From: Spirochaetota bacterium
GTDB taxonomy: Bacteria > Spirochaetota > Spirochaetia > JABEVK01
Direction: 5' to 3'
DNA length: 59,678 nucleotides
NCBI GenBank assembly: GCA_020049045.1
Contig: JAIFLN010000017.1
Span: 1-59,678, forward strand
Part shown: positions 9,987 through 19,237 of the stretch, piece after piece
Numbering within the stretch: the first letter of the stretch is position 1
How the letters are laid out: each line of letters opens with the position of its first letter
The notes under the pieces: generated by a model
Seen by the model: only the letters and a program-made list of their open reading frames with translations
What the model was told of the DNA's origin: nothing
The model's database searches: none
Translations under genes and position numbers: made by a program

Positions 9987-11666
9987 CTACTCTACGGGAA
10001 TCTCGAGTGTCACCCGGGTTCCACCTCCGGGCCGAGCCGACAGGAGGCAAACGGCACCAGAACCGTAGCGCAGCGCCAGCCGTTGTCTGACGTTCGACAC
10101 ACCGTAGCCGCGTGATGTAGCCTCTCCTTGGTTGAGCGAATCGATCAGACTGGGCGGAATTCCGATACCATCGTCTTCTACCTCAATCGTCAGTCGCTCG
10201 GAATCGAGACGGCATCGGATGATGATGGTGGCAGGCCTTCCCAATCCTTCCAGCCCGTGAAGAATGGCATTTTCGACAAAGGGCTGCAGGACGAGCTTGG
10301 GAACCATAATCCGCATTGCCGAAGGGACGGCTTCGATCTGGTACACGAAGCGCTCCGCCTTGAACCGGAACTGCTGGATCCGCAGGTAGGCACGCACCTG
10401 TTCCAATTCCTCCTCGACCGAGATCATCTCTTCTCCCCGGTTCAGGGAGTGACGGAAGAACACGATCAGTGAGTCGACCACCTCGGCAATCTCGTTGGCC
10501 TCGATATCCCGTGCCATCCATGAGACTGTGGCCAGAGTGTTGTAGAGCAGGTGCGGGTTGATTTGAGCTTGCAGTGCTTTCAACTCTGAAGACTTCTGGA
10601 GCATGCCCCGCTGAAAGTTCTCCCTGAGCAGTTCGTCAATTCTCACGGATAGGCCGTCGAGCCGGTGGGAGAGCTCGCCGATCTCGTCAGCGACGGGGTC
10701 ATCGATTTGCGAGGTGAAGTTGCCGGCCTCGATCTGTGCGGCATGGGCGACCTGGCGTTGCAGCCTTCGGGAAAAATTCCGTGCCATCCTCTGACTGGCT
10801 GCTGCCAGGGCGGCAAGGGAAGCAAGTGCCACAATAAGCAGGATGGGGCTGGCGTCAGGAAGTGACTCCAGCAGATTGGCCGCAGGAACCGCTGAGTTGA
10901 TGGTCCAGGGGGCTTCAGCCAGTGTGCGCGAGTAGGCTGACTTGGGGTATTCCTTGCTCTCATGAGCAAGGGTCCCGCGAATCAAACGATGGTTCTCGTC
11001 CTCGGCCCATAGTAGAATCCAAGGCTCGCCCAACGCCACGAGGCTCGAAAAGATCCTGTCCACACTGATTCTGAGGCGAAGAAGACCGATGGGCTGCGTC
11101 TCCACCTGAGCGCTGCCCAGGCGAAAATACAGGCGGTCGAAGACCACGGTCCGTGGCTCTTGGGAATCAAGCCAGATGTGGGTGGTGCTCCCTGTGTCCG
11201 CCAGCCTGGCGTAGTCAGGAATCTCGGCGAGGGTCCTGACCGGAATCACCAGATCGTCGTAGCGGGCCAAGGTCTGATTGGCAACGAAGTACGAAACGCT
11301 GGCGACCTCCGGATTCACCGACCGCAGTTGTCGAAGGTGATCGATAAAACCTCCGACAACGTACGCTTCCCAAATCTGAAGATCACTGGTGTATTGCCGG
11401 GAAAGGACCTCGTTCACCGAATTATCCGTATAAAAGATGTCCTCAATGCGGAGGCCGAGCCGCAGGTTGTAGGAGATGGCATCGGCAACCGCGTCTACTT
11501 GCCTTCGTCCTGTTTCCTGTAGGTAGCCATGTTGGCTGTTGCCCAGCAGGAGAAAGGCAGAAACGCCCATCGTCGCTATGCCCAGGAGCACAACCCAGAG
11601 GTAGTTCAGAAAGAGTTTGTTGGCGAGATTCAGCGAGCGGTACCACGCGCCTATTCGCTCTCTCAT
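9987..11666 (-). CDS. YesM/LytS-type sensor histidine kinase
   Basis: Two TMs, HAMP, LQAQINPHLLYNTL H-box, LQPFVENAILHG, DDGIG. Confidence 0.93.
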   Translation of the reverse strand: MRERIGAWYRSLNLANKLFLNYLWVVLLGIATMGVSAFLLLGNSQHGYLQETGRRQVDAVADAISYNLRLGLRIEDIFYTDNSVNEVLSRQYTSDLQIWEAYVVGGFIDHLRQLRSVNPEVASVSYFVANQTLARYDDLVIPVRTLAEIPDYARLADTGSTTHIWLDSQEPRTVVFDRLYFRLGSAQVETQPIGLLRLRISVDRIFSSLVALGEPWILLWAEDENHRLIRGTLAHESKEYPKSAYSRTLAEAPWTINSAVPAANLLESLPDASPILLIVALASLAALAAASQRMARNFSRRLQRQVAHAAQIEAGNFTSQIDDPVADEIGELSHRLDGLSVRIDELLRENFQRGMLQKSSELKALQAQINPHLLYNTLATVSWMARDIEANEIAEVVDSLIVFFRHSLNRGEEMISVEEELEQVRAYLRIQQFRFKAERFVYQIEAVPSAMRIMVPKLVLQPFVENAILHGLEGLGRPATIIIRCRLDSERLTIEVEDDGIGIPPSLIDSLNQGEATSRGYGVSNVRQRLALRYGSGAVCLLSARPGGGTRVTLEIPVE

Positions 11667-13270
11667 GTCTCTATCCGCGCGCTTGAATCGCGCAGCCGCG
11701 TCGGACTGACACCAAAATGATTTCGAAAAACCGAACAGAAGTAACTCACGTTGGAGAATCCAACCAAGGCGGCGATTTCTTGGGTCTTCATGCTGGTGGC
11801 AGCAACCAAGTCGCGGGCTTGGTTCATGCGGGTCCGCGTCAGAAAGTCTGAGAACGTCAGGCCAAACTCACGGCGGAACACGGTGCCGATGTAGTAGGGC
11901 GTCAGGTTCTCCAGGTCCGCAAACTCCGCAAGCGTCAGATTCTCCGCGTACCGTTCCTCAATGGCCAGTTTAATCCTTCTGGCCAGCGAACTGGTTCGGT
12001 TTTCGGCAGCGGCCGCAACGGCAAGAGCGAACTCCTGGCAACGCGATACAGCGTAGTGTACGAGGTCGTCACCGCTGTCGAGCGTGCTTACCGCCTGCCA
12101 AGTCAACGACAATGCCGGACCGCCCGGGAAGGATTCCCCCGCAAAACGGGCGGCCGTGCGCTGGGCTGCCAGGAGCAGGCTGGCAACCCAACTCTTCAAG
12201 ACGGTACCTTCCGGGGTTTGTCGGGACGCTGAAAAGTACCAACTCCGGATCAAGGTTGAACATTCCGGGGCGTTTCCAGTCTGTACCAACTTCACAAGCT
12301 CGCTTTCGGTCTCGTCGTAAAAAAGGGGATCCAGGGCGGCGGTGACCACGTCGGAGTGGCGGATCAGCTGTCCGGGCTCGACGGCCAGGTGAAGCGTCAC
12401 GGCTTCTTCTGCTTGAACAAAGGCCGCGCGCAGATTGTCCAGGGCAAGGACCTCCCGGCTGACACCGACAAGGGGATGAGCCAGACCCCGGCCCCGGTAT
12501 CGCCACATGGCATGCTGGGACAGCTCTTCCAATTCCTGCGGCTGCGTCGGCCGCTCTGGTGAAGCACTGCCAATGACAAGGGCCAATTCACTCTCACTGG
12601 TCCAGGCATGCATGAAACGACCTCGGAGGCTTTCGAGGGCGACCAGCGTCTGAACGAGGGCAACGCGATCGAGTTCCTGGTCCTCTGTGGACTGCTTGAC
12701 GGAGGGCAGCTTGATCAGCAAGACCTGCCAAGGCGGGAACCCGGGTTGAAGCTGAAGGTATTCCACCTTTTCGAGAAGCTGTGAGGTCGGCATCCGACCT
12801 GTCAGAGCATCGGCCACATACCGTTCCCTGAGCAGCGGAAAGCTGTCGGCAAGCCGTTGCCTCGCAAGGGTCTCGGTTTCGGCGGCGTGCAGTGCCTGCC
12901 ACCTTGAGCTGGCAGCGGAACGGACAGTGCTGATGAGGTTCTCTGCCGACACCGGCTTGAGCAGATAATCGTGGGCTGAGATTCGCAGCGCGCTGCGAAT
13001 ATACTCAAACTCGTCGTGGCCACTGAGGAAGATGACCTTGGTGTGAGGGCATTCCTTCCGGACGGCCTCGGCGAGTTCCAGCCCCGTCATCTGAGGCATG
13101 TGGATGTCGGCAATCAGGATGTCGGCTTGATGCCTGCGTACGGCGGCGAGCCCCTCCCTGCCGTCACTGGCTGTCGCCACCAGCTTGAGCCCTATGGACG
13201 GCCAGTCCACCAGGGACTTGATAGCACTGAGGTGGTCCATTTCATCGTCAACAATCACCAGAGAAAGCAT
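11663..13270 (-). CDS. YesN-type response regulator (REC + AraC HTH)
   Basis: MLSLVIVDDE, DIHMPQMTG, YLLKP; C-terminal VGFSNVSYFCSVFRNHFGVSP. Start reassigned to ATG 13270. Confidence 0.93.
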   Translation of the reverse strand: MLSLVIVDDEMDHLSAIKSLVDWPSIGLKLVATASDGREGLAAVRRHQADILIADIHMPQMTGLELAEAVRKECPHTKVIFLSGHDEFEYIRSALRISAHDYLLKPVSAENLISTVRSAASSRWQALHAAETETLARQRLADSFPLLRERYVADALTGRMPTSQLLEKVEYLQLQPGFPPWQVLLIKLPSVKQSTEDQELDRVALVQTLVALESLRGRFMHAWTSESELALVIGSASPERPTQPQELEELSQHAMWRYRGRGLAHPLVGVSREVLALDNLRAAFVQAEEAVTLHLAVEPGQLIRHSDVVTAALDPLFYDETESELVKLVQTGNAPECSTLIRSWYFSASRQTPEGTVLKSWVASLLLAAQRTAARFAGESFPGGPALSLTWQAVSTLDSGDDLVHYAVSRCQEFALAVAAAAENRTSSLARRIKLAIEERYAENLTLAEFADLENLTPYYIGTVFRREFGLTFSDFLTRTRMNQARDLVAATSMKTQEIAALVGFSNVSYFCSVFRNHFGVSPTRLRDSSARIET

Positions 13271-13387
13271 TCGTTCATGATAGACCCGGTGCCAAATTCG
13301 GGACAGCAAGAATCGAACACGAATTTTCACTAGGCCAGAACGAATCAACAAAAGCCTCAGACCCAAGCCCCCCTTTATCCCGCGAAG

Positions 13388-13424
13388 TTACGACGAAAAA
13401 CGACGAAACCTTTGGATTTACGAC
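13388..13424. promoter_or_regulatory. Direct repeats in the divergent promoter region, possible regulator site
   Basis: ACGACGAAA at 13390 and 13400; TTACGAC at 13388 and 13418. Confidence 0.35.
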
Positions 13425-13451
13425 CGGGAGAACCTGCCGCACACTGATCCC

Positions 13452-14366
13452 ATGAAGCAAGGCATCCGCGCAAAAATCGCAGGACAACGACAGCTGCTTG
13501 TCGTTGCTGCTCTCGGCACCATCTGGTTTCTGGTCTTCTGCTACTACCCGATGTGGGGCTCTGTGATCGCCTTCAAGAAGTTCGACTTTGCATCGGGAAT
13601 TTGGGGAAGCCCGTGGGTGGGATTCGACCACTTGGTTGAGTTCGTGCAAGACCCAGACTTTCTCAACATTCTGCGCAACACGATTGGGATCAGTGTGCTG
13701 AAGCTTGTGTTTGGATTCCCGGCCCCCATCCTCTTGGCTCTCCTCTTGAATGAACTGGGATCCACAACCTTCAAGCGTTGGGTTCAGACCTTCTCGTATC
13801 TGCCGCACTTTGTTTCTTGGGTCATCATTTCGGGCGTATGCTTCGAGCTCCTTTCGCCGACGAGTGGTCCCGTGATTCCCCTGCTGGCCCAATGGGGTTG
13901 GGTCGATCCGAATCTGGTCATCTTGGGAGAGCCGGACTTGTTTTGGGGGCTGGCTGTTGTCACGGAGGTTTGGAAAGAAATCGGATGGAACGCCATCATT
14001 TATCTGGCTGCCATCACCTCCATCGATCCGGGGCTCTACGAGGCTGCCAAGGTCGATGGCGCTGGAAAGTTCCGCCAGGTCTTTGCCATCACGCTGCCCT
14101 CGATTGCTCCCACCATTTTCATCATGCTGACCATCACGATTGCGTACCTGCTGACCACGAACTTCGATCAGCTGTGGCTCTTGCGCAACAGTGCCGTTGT
14201 TCCGGCGTCCGAAGTCATTGACACCCATGTATTTGTCCAGGGAATCCAGGTGGGCCGCTATGACTATGCCACCGCCGTGGGCTTGTTCCGGTCGGTGGTC
14301 AGCTTGGTACTCCTGATTGCCGCCAACAGGCTTTCAAAGAGAATCACAGGCACGTCGCTTTACTAA
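13452..14366 (+). CDS. Carbohydrate ABC permease (LplB-like)
   Basis: SPWVGFDH, YLPHFVSWVI, EAA loop LYEAAKVDGA. Confidence 0.94.
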   Translation: MKQGIRAKIAGQRQLLVVAALGTIWFLVFCYYPMWGSVIAFKKFDFASGIWGSPWVGFDHLVEFVQDPDFLNILRNTIGISVLKLVFGFPAPILLALLLNELGSTTFKRWVQTFSYLPHFVSWVIISGVCFELLSPTSGPVIPLLAQWGWVDPNLVILGEPDLFWGLAVVTEVWKEIGWNAIIYLAAITSIDPGLYEAAKVDGAGKFRQVFAITLPSIAPTIFIMLTITIAYLLTTNFDQLWLLRNSAVVPASEVIDTHVFVQGIQVGRYDYATAVGLFRSVVSLVLLIAANRLSKRITGTSLY

Positions 14367-14372
14367 AAGGAA

Positions 14373-15272
14373 ATGAGAATGGCTATCAAAAAAACTCCCG
14401 GTGAGCGTCTGTTCGCAGTTGTCAATTCCACACTGATGGTTCTGCTCGTTCTTGTGACCTTGTACCCGTTCTGGTACATCGTCATCTATTCCTTCAACGT
14501 CGGAACTGATGCCAGGTCAGGCGGCTTGACGTTCCTGGTTCGTCAGCCGACCTGGGAAAACTACTCGGTGATTCTTGGTGACAAACAGATCACGAACGGC
14601 TTCTTTATTTCAACGGCGAGAACCCTGATCGGCACGGTGACGTCGGTTTTCTGCACAGCGTTGTTCTCCTATGCGATCAGCCGGAAAAAACTCTTGGGCC
14701 GCAAGTTCATCACCGCACTGTTGACTTTTACGATGTTCTTCAGCGCGGGAATCATCCCTGTCTATCTGCTGATGCGTGATCTGCATCTGCTCAACAACTT
14801 TTTGGTGTATATCATCCCGGGCCTGCTTTCGGCGTTCATGGTCATCATCACGCGAACCTACTACGAGGCGAGCATTCCTCCGTCTGTGGAGGAATCGGCC
14901 ATGATGGACGGCGCCAGTGATCTCAAGATCTTCTTCGGGATCATCTTGCCGGTCTCGGCGCCCATCCTCGCCACCGTTGCGCTGTTCGTCGGCGTGGGAA
15001 ACTGGAATGACTGGTTCGCCGGCTACATCTACATGACCAAACCAGACCTTGTCCCCCTGCAGACCGTGATGGTTCAGATCATCAATCAGGCGGCAGCCAG
15101 CGCCATGATGGCCTCGGAGCGAGGCTTTTCGTCCGGCATCGTCACCGGTGTGACCATCGAGTCGGTCCGGGCTGCCACCATGGTGGTTGCCATCGTCCCC
15201 ATCGTTCTGGTGTACCCGTTCCTGCAGAGGTATTTCGTGAAGGGGATTTTGGTAGGGGCTATCAAAGAGTAA
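14373..15272 (+). CDS. Carbohydrate ABC permease (LplC-like)
   Basis: EESAMMDGAS; C-terminal YPFLQRYFVKGILVGAIKE. Confidence 0.94.
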   Translation: MRMAIKKTPGERLFAVVNSTLMVLLVLVTLYPFWYIVIYSFNVGTDARSGGLTFLVRQPTWENYSVILGDKQITNGFFISTARTLIGTVTSVFCTALFSYAISRKKLLGRKFITALLTFTMFFSAGIIPVYLLMRDLHLLNNFLVYIIPGLLSAFMVIITRTYYEASIPPSVEESAMMDGASDLKIFFGIILPVSAPILATVALFVGVGNWNDWFAGYIYMTKPDLVPLQTVMVQIINQAAASAMMASERGFSSGIVTGVTIESVRAATMVVAIVPIVLVYPFLQRYFVKGILVGAIKE

Positions 15273-15314
15273 TAAACGGAGCCTTGAGGCACCGAAAATG
15301 AGAAGGAGGATTTC

Positions 15315-16931
15315 ATGAAAAGGATACGATTGACTGCATTCGTGGTTTTGACATTGTTTGCGTGCATTCCGTTCGCCGCTGCCCAAACGGCACCGGCAAC
15401 GATCAAATGGTTTGTCGACGGTACCTGGTACAAGCCCGTTGCGCAGTCCAAGGACAGCGTGGTCACATCGTTTGTTCTGTCCGAGACGAATGTGAACGTC
15501 GCTGCGTCAAACCCCAGCGAAGACAAGGGTGAAAAGCTGAACCTGATGCTGGCGGCAGGCGATGACCTGCCTGACCTTATCACGGAACCTGACCAGATCC
15601 GCTGGAGCCGCCTGGTGCAGTCCGGAGCCCTGCTGGACCTGACTCCCTACCTGTCGAAGCTCACCAATCTGTCAGAGACCGTCCCCCCGACCATGGTCAA
15701 ACTGCTGCGAGAGTCGGATGGAAAATTGTACGGCCTGCCGTCGATCTTTGCCACCGAGGTGACGCGCGGCTACCGGGCCCTGATGTACAACCAGACCTAC
15801 TACGACCAGCTGGGCAAACCCAAGGTCGATACTTGGGCCGACTTTGAGAAGGCCCTCGCGAGCGTTAAGGCGCTCAAGTCGCCCCAAGGTGAGTCAATCA
15901 TTCCCCTCAGCTTCGGTGGCCAGAATGGCCTCGTCGGGTCGAACCTGCCGGCCAATGTGTCAGCAGGGTACGGGGTTCCCGTCGTGGCGCTTTCCGGTAA
16001 CGGGCTCATTGCCTATACCAAAGACGGGCCTGTGAGTTTCGTGGGAACCGAGGCGTTCAAAAAGACCGTGCTCCTGCTCAACCGCTGGTTCAACGCGGGC
16101 TACATCGACCGAGAAGCGTTCATCCAGTCGAACGAACAGTTCATGGCGAAAGTGGTCTCCAACCGGGTGGCCTTCACACTCGACAGTTATTGGGGCATGG
16201 ACTTCTACGGCACAGGCAAGGATGGCGACTCGAGCAACCGGCAGATCTCGAAGGAAAAGAACGCCTGGTGGGGCATGCGGCCGCCTGTCGATGCCTCGTT
16301 CAAGGGCACTTACAAGAACTGGGATACGGCTCCGTCGGCAGCCTGGCACCTGGGGGTCAGCGCCAAGACCAAGAATCTGGATGCCGTGCTCCGGTACCTG
16401 AACTGGTGCCTCAGCGCGCGCGGTCAGTTCATTCTGTGGACGGGCTACGATCCGGCCGGCAAGTTCACCGAGATGGAAGGCAAATTCTTCACCAAGGTGC
16501 CGGGGACAAACGTGCTCAAGCCGAATGCCGAGGCCGTGAAGGCGGAATCCGAGAAGCTGGGAGGGAACGAGAAGTACCAAGCGAAGTACGGTGTGTTCTG
16601 GAACAACCCCCTGCTGGCGCAGGACATCGAGGCGCAGACGACATTCCTTGGCGACCGGGGCCAACTCGACGCCATGACCAAGGAATGGGTGTGGGACGGT
16701 GTGCTCTATGCCAACATCGATGTTGACGCCGGGACGCCCGAACTGGCGATGTTCCAGAAAATCCGGACCCTAGCGAATTCCGAAACCACCAAGGCCATTT
16801 TGCAGAAGAGCCCTGCCGAAGCGGAAAAAATCATCAACGCCCTTCAGAAGAGCGTTAAGGATGCCGGCATCGATAAAGTCGAGAAGGTCTGGAAGGCGAA
16901 ATATGCCGCCAACCAGGTCAAACTGAAGTAA
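15315..16931 (+). CDS. Oligosaccharide ABC solute-binding protein
   Basis: Signal peptide; KLNLMLAAGDDLPDLI and DGKLYGLP motifs; operon context. Confidence 0.9.
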   Translation: MKRIRLTAFVVLTLFACIPFAAAQTAPATIKWFVDGTWYKPVAQSKDSVVTSFVLSETNVNVAASNPSEDKGEKLNLMLAAGDDLPDLITEPDQIRWSRLVQSGALLDLTPYLSKLTNLSETVPPTMVKLLRESDGKLYGLPSIFATEVTRGYRALMYNQTYYDQLGKPKVDTWADFEKALASVKALKSPQGESIIPLSFGGQNGLVGSNLPANVSAGYGVPVVALSGNGLIAYTKDGPVSFVGTEAFKKTVLLLNRWFNAGYIDREAFIQSNEQFMAKVVSNRVAFTLDSYWGMDFYGTGKDGDSSNRQISKEKNAWWGMRPPVDASFKGTYKNWDTAPSAAWHLGVSAKTKNLDAVLRYLNWCLSARGQFILWTGYDPAGKFTEMEGKFFTKVPGTNVLKPNAEAVKAESEKLGGNEKYQAKYGVFWNNPLLAQDIEAQTTFLGDRGQLDAMTKEWVWDGVLYANIDVDAGTPELAMFQKIRTLANSETTKAILQKSPAEAEKIINALQKSVKDAGIDKVEKVWKAKYAANQVKLK

Positions 16932-16969
16932 CGAACAAACAACCGAACTCCAACCGATTGAGGATATCC

Positions 16970-19210
16970 ATGAAGAGCACTGAGCTTTACTTTGACACGC
17001 CTGCATCCGAATGGCTCGAGGGTATCCCCATCGGCAATGGCACCTTGGGTGCCGTTCATTGGGGGCCGCCAAACCGGCAGGTCTTCACGCTGAACCACGA
17101 TCGCCTTTGGCGGAACAGCGTTTCGAAGCGGCTGGTTACGCATTCTCTCATTCCTGAGGTAAGGCGGATGATCCTGGAGGGGCGGGGAAAGGAGGTGGAA
17201 TCCTTCTTCCACGCAGCCATCCAGGATCAGCCGGACGCCATCAATGCCTACCAGGTGTTCTGTGACCTCTCTGTGGAGGCCGAGTCAACCAGCGAGACCC
17301 AGGACTTTCGTTCTACCCTGGATATGGCGACGGCGATTGCAAGTTGTCGTTTCACCCAGGGCAACGTCAGCCATGAGTACGAGTTCTTTGCCAGTCATGA
17401 ACTGAACCTGATCTTTGTCCGACTCGCCGGCACGGGTTCTGAGGTTCGCCAGTACCGGCTGGAACTGAGCCGAGTTGCGGATCCGGAGTGTGAGTGCTCA
17501 ACGACCTTGGTCCATGGCCAAATGGTCCTCACAGGACGCTTCGTTGAGGGAGTTTCGTTCGCGGCAGTGGTTGATGTTGAAGGACAGAACACTCAGGTTG
17601 CCTGGGAGAACGGCAGTTTGTCGGTCAAGGCCGTTGGTGAAGTCATTCTTCGTATCGCTCTGAGTACTTCGCTGGCGGCCCTGGACCCGTTGGAATCTTG
17701 CCACGACACCCTCAAGGGCGCCCGCGCGCTCTCGTACGAGGCCGCCAAAGCGCAGCACGTGGCATCCCATCGAAACCTGTTTGACCGCTGTCGGCTGCAA
17801 CTTGCCTCTGACTTCGACGGGACCAGCGAGCAGGTTTACGACGAAGCGACGTCAGGTCGGCAGGTCAGCAACTTCGTCCACGAGCAGCTGTTCCACATGG
17901 GACGCTACCTCATGCTGAGCAGTTCCCGACCGGGGTCCTGGCCTATGAACATTCAGGGTTTGTGGAATAACAAGATCGACCCCATGTGGGAAAGCTCGTA
18001 TACCACCGACATGAACATGCAGATGCATTACTGGTCGGCGTTGTCGTGCAACCTGTTTGAGTGTCTGACCCCCGTGTTCGATTGGCTGTGGTCCAACCTT
18101 CCCACCATGAAGCGCCACGCCAGCGACATCTTCGGCGCCAGCGGCATCTACCTGCCGCAGTACTCAGACTTCAAACTGTCACCCAGCAAAGGCTACTGTT
18201 CGTTTCAAGTTCTCTGGTCCGGCGGAGCGACCTGGCTGGCCCAGCATTTCTTTGATTATTGGAAGTACTCGGGGGACGATGCGTTCCTCAGAACGCGGGC
18301 TTTCCCCTATATGCTCCTCTGCGCGGACTTCTACAAGGACTTTCTTCAGAAGGACGAGAAGGGCCGGTATTTCAGCTGTCCCTCGGCATCACCCGAAAAC
18401 ACCACGGCGCAAGGGTCCTGGCTGGTCAACACCGCCACCATGGATATCTCGCTGGTTCGCGAGCTTATGACGCATCTGCTGGAAGCGGACGACCACCTTC
18501 GGGCGGGACATCCCGATAAGGCGCTTTGGCGCGAGATCATTGAAAATCTTGTGGACTACCCAATCTCCAAGAACGGAACCTTGGCCGAGTGGCTTGAGGC
18601 CAGCGCCCAGGGTGATCCGGGGCACCGGCATATCTCCCACATTTACGGTCTGTTTCCGGGCCGCGAGTTTTCCCCCCGTCACACACCCGAACTCCACGCT
18701 GCCGCCCTGAAAGCCATCGAACGACGACGCGAAAACGGCTTTGGAAGCGCCGCCACGTGGTCGCATGCGTGGTACGCCTGCTGTTTCTCCCGTTCGGGCG
18801 AAGGTGAGAAGTCGCTGGCGAGCGTCGACGATATCATCCGCTGCGGCATGCTCAGGAACTACTTCACCACCCACAACGACTGGCGGGAAAGCGGTCTGTC
18901 CTCCCTTATGATCGAGTCGCGGCTGTTCCAGATCGATGCGCTCTTGGGAGGCGTTTCAGCGATTGCGGAGATGCTGGTTCAATGCGACCAGGACGGAATC
19001 CGGCTGCTTCCGGCCTTGCCCCCGCGCTGGCCTGAGGGGCAGGCCCACGGTCTTCGCGTCTACGGCGGGTTTGAAATCGACCTCGCCTGGAAGAACGGCC
19101 TTTTGACCAAGGCGAGCATTCTCAGCCACCGCGGCGGTGACTGCCGGGTGACGGTGGGCCAGGACATCCATTCGTTTATGACGGAAGCCGGGAAGAGATA
19201 TGAGCTGTGA
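16970..19210 (+). CDS. GH95 alpha-L-fucosidase-like glycoside hydrolase
   Basis: PIGNGTLGA, GRYLMLSSSR, QGLWN, SPEN, HRHISHIYGLFPG, FQID, LLPALP motifs; no signal peptide. Confidence 0.92.
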   Translation: MKSTELYFDTPASEWLEGIPIGNGTLGAVHWGPPNRQVFTLNHDRLWRNSVSKRLVTHSLIPEVRRMILEGRGKEVESFFHAAIQDQPDAINAYQVFCDLSVEAESTSETQDFRSTLDMATAIASCRFTQGNVSHEYEFFASHELNLIFVRLAGTGSEVRQYRLELSRVADPECECSTTLVHGQMVLTGRFVEGVSFAAVVDVEGQNTQVAWENGSLSVKAVGEVILRIALSTSLAALDPLESCHDTLKGARALSYEAAKAQHVASHRNLFDRCRLQLASDFDGTSEQVYDEATSGRQVSNFVHEQLFHMGRYLMLSSSRPGSWPMNIQGLWNNKIDPMWESSYTTDMNMQMHYWSALSCNLFECLTPVFDWLWSNLPTMKRHASDIFGASGIYLPQYSDFKLSPSKGYCSFQVLWSGGATWLAQHFFDYWKYSGDDAFLRTRAFPYMLLCADFYKDFLQKDEKGRYFSCPSASPENTTAQGSWLVNTATMDISLVRELMTHLLEADDHLRAGHPDKALWREIIENLVDYPISKNGTLAEWLEASAQGDPGHRHISHIYGLFPGREFSPRHTPELHAAALKAIERRRENGFGSAATWSHAWYACCFSRSGEGEKSLASVDDIIRCGMLRNYFTTHNDWRESGLSSLMIESRLFQIDALLGGVSAIAEMLVQCDQDGIRLLPALPPRWPEGQAHGLRVYGGFEIDLAWKNGLLTKASILSHRGGDCRVTVGQDIHSFMTEAGKRYEL

Positions 19211-19237
19211 GGAGAGGCGAAGCTGGTCGCTGCAGGC

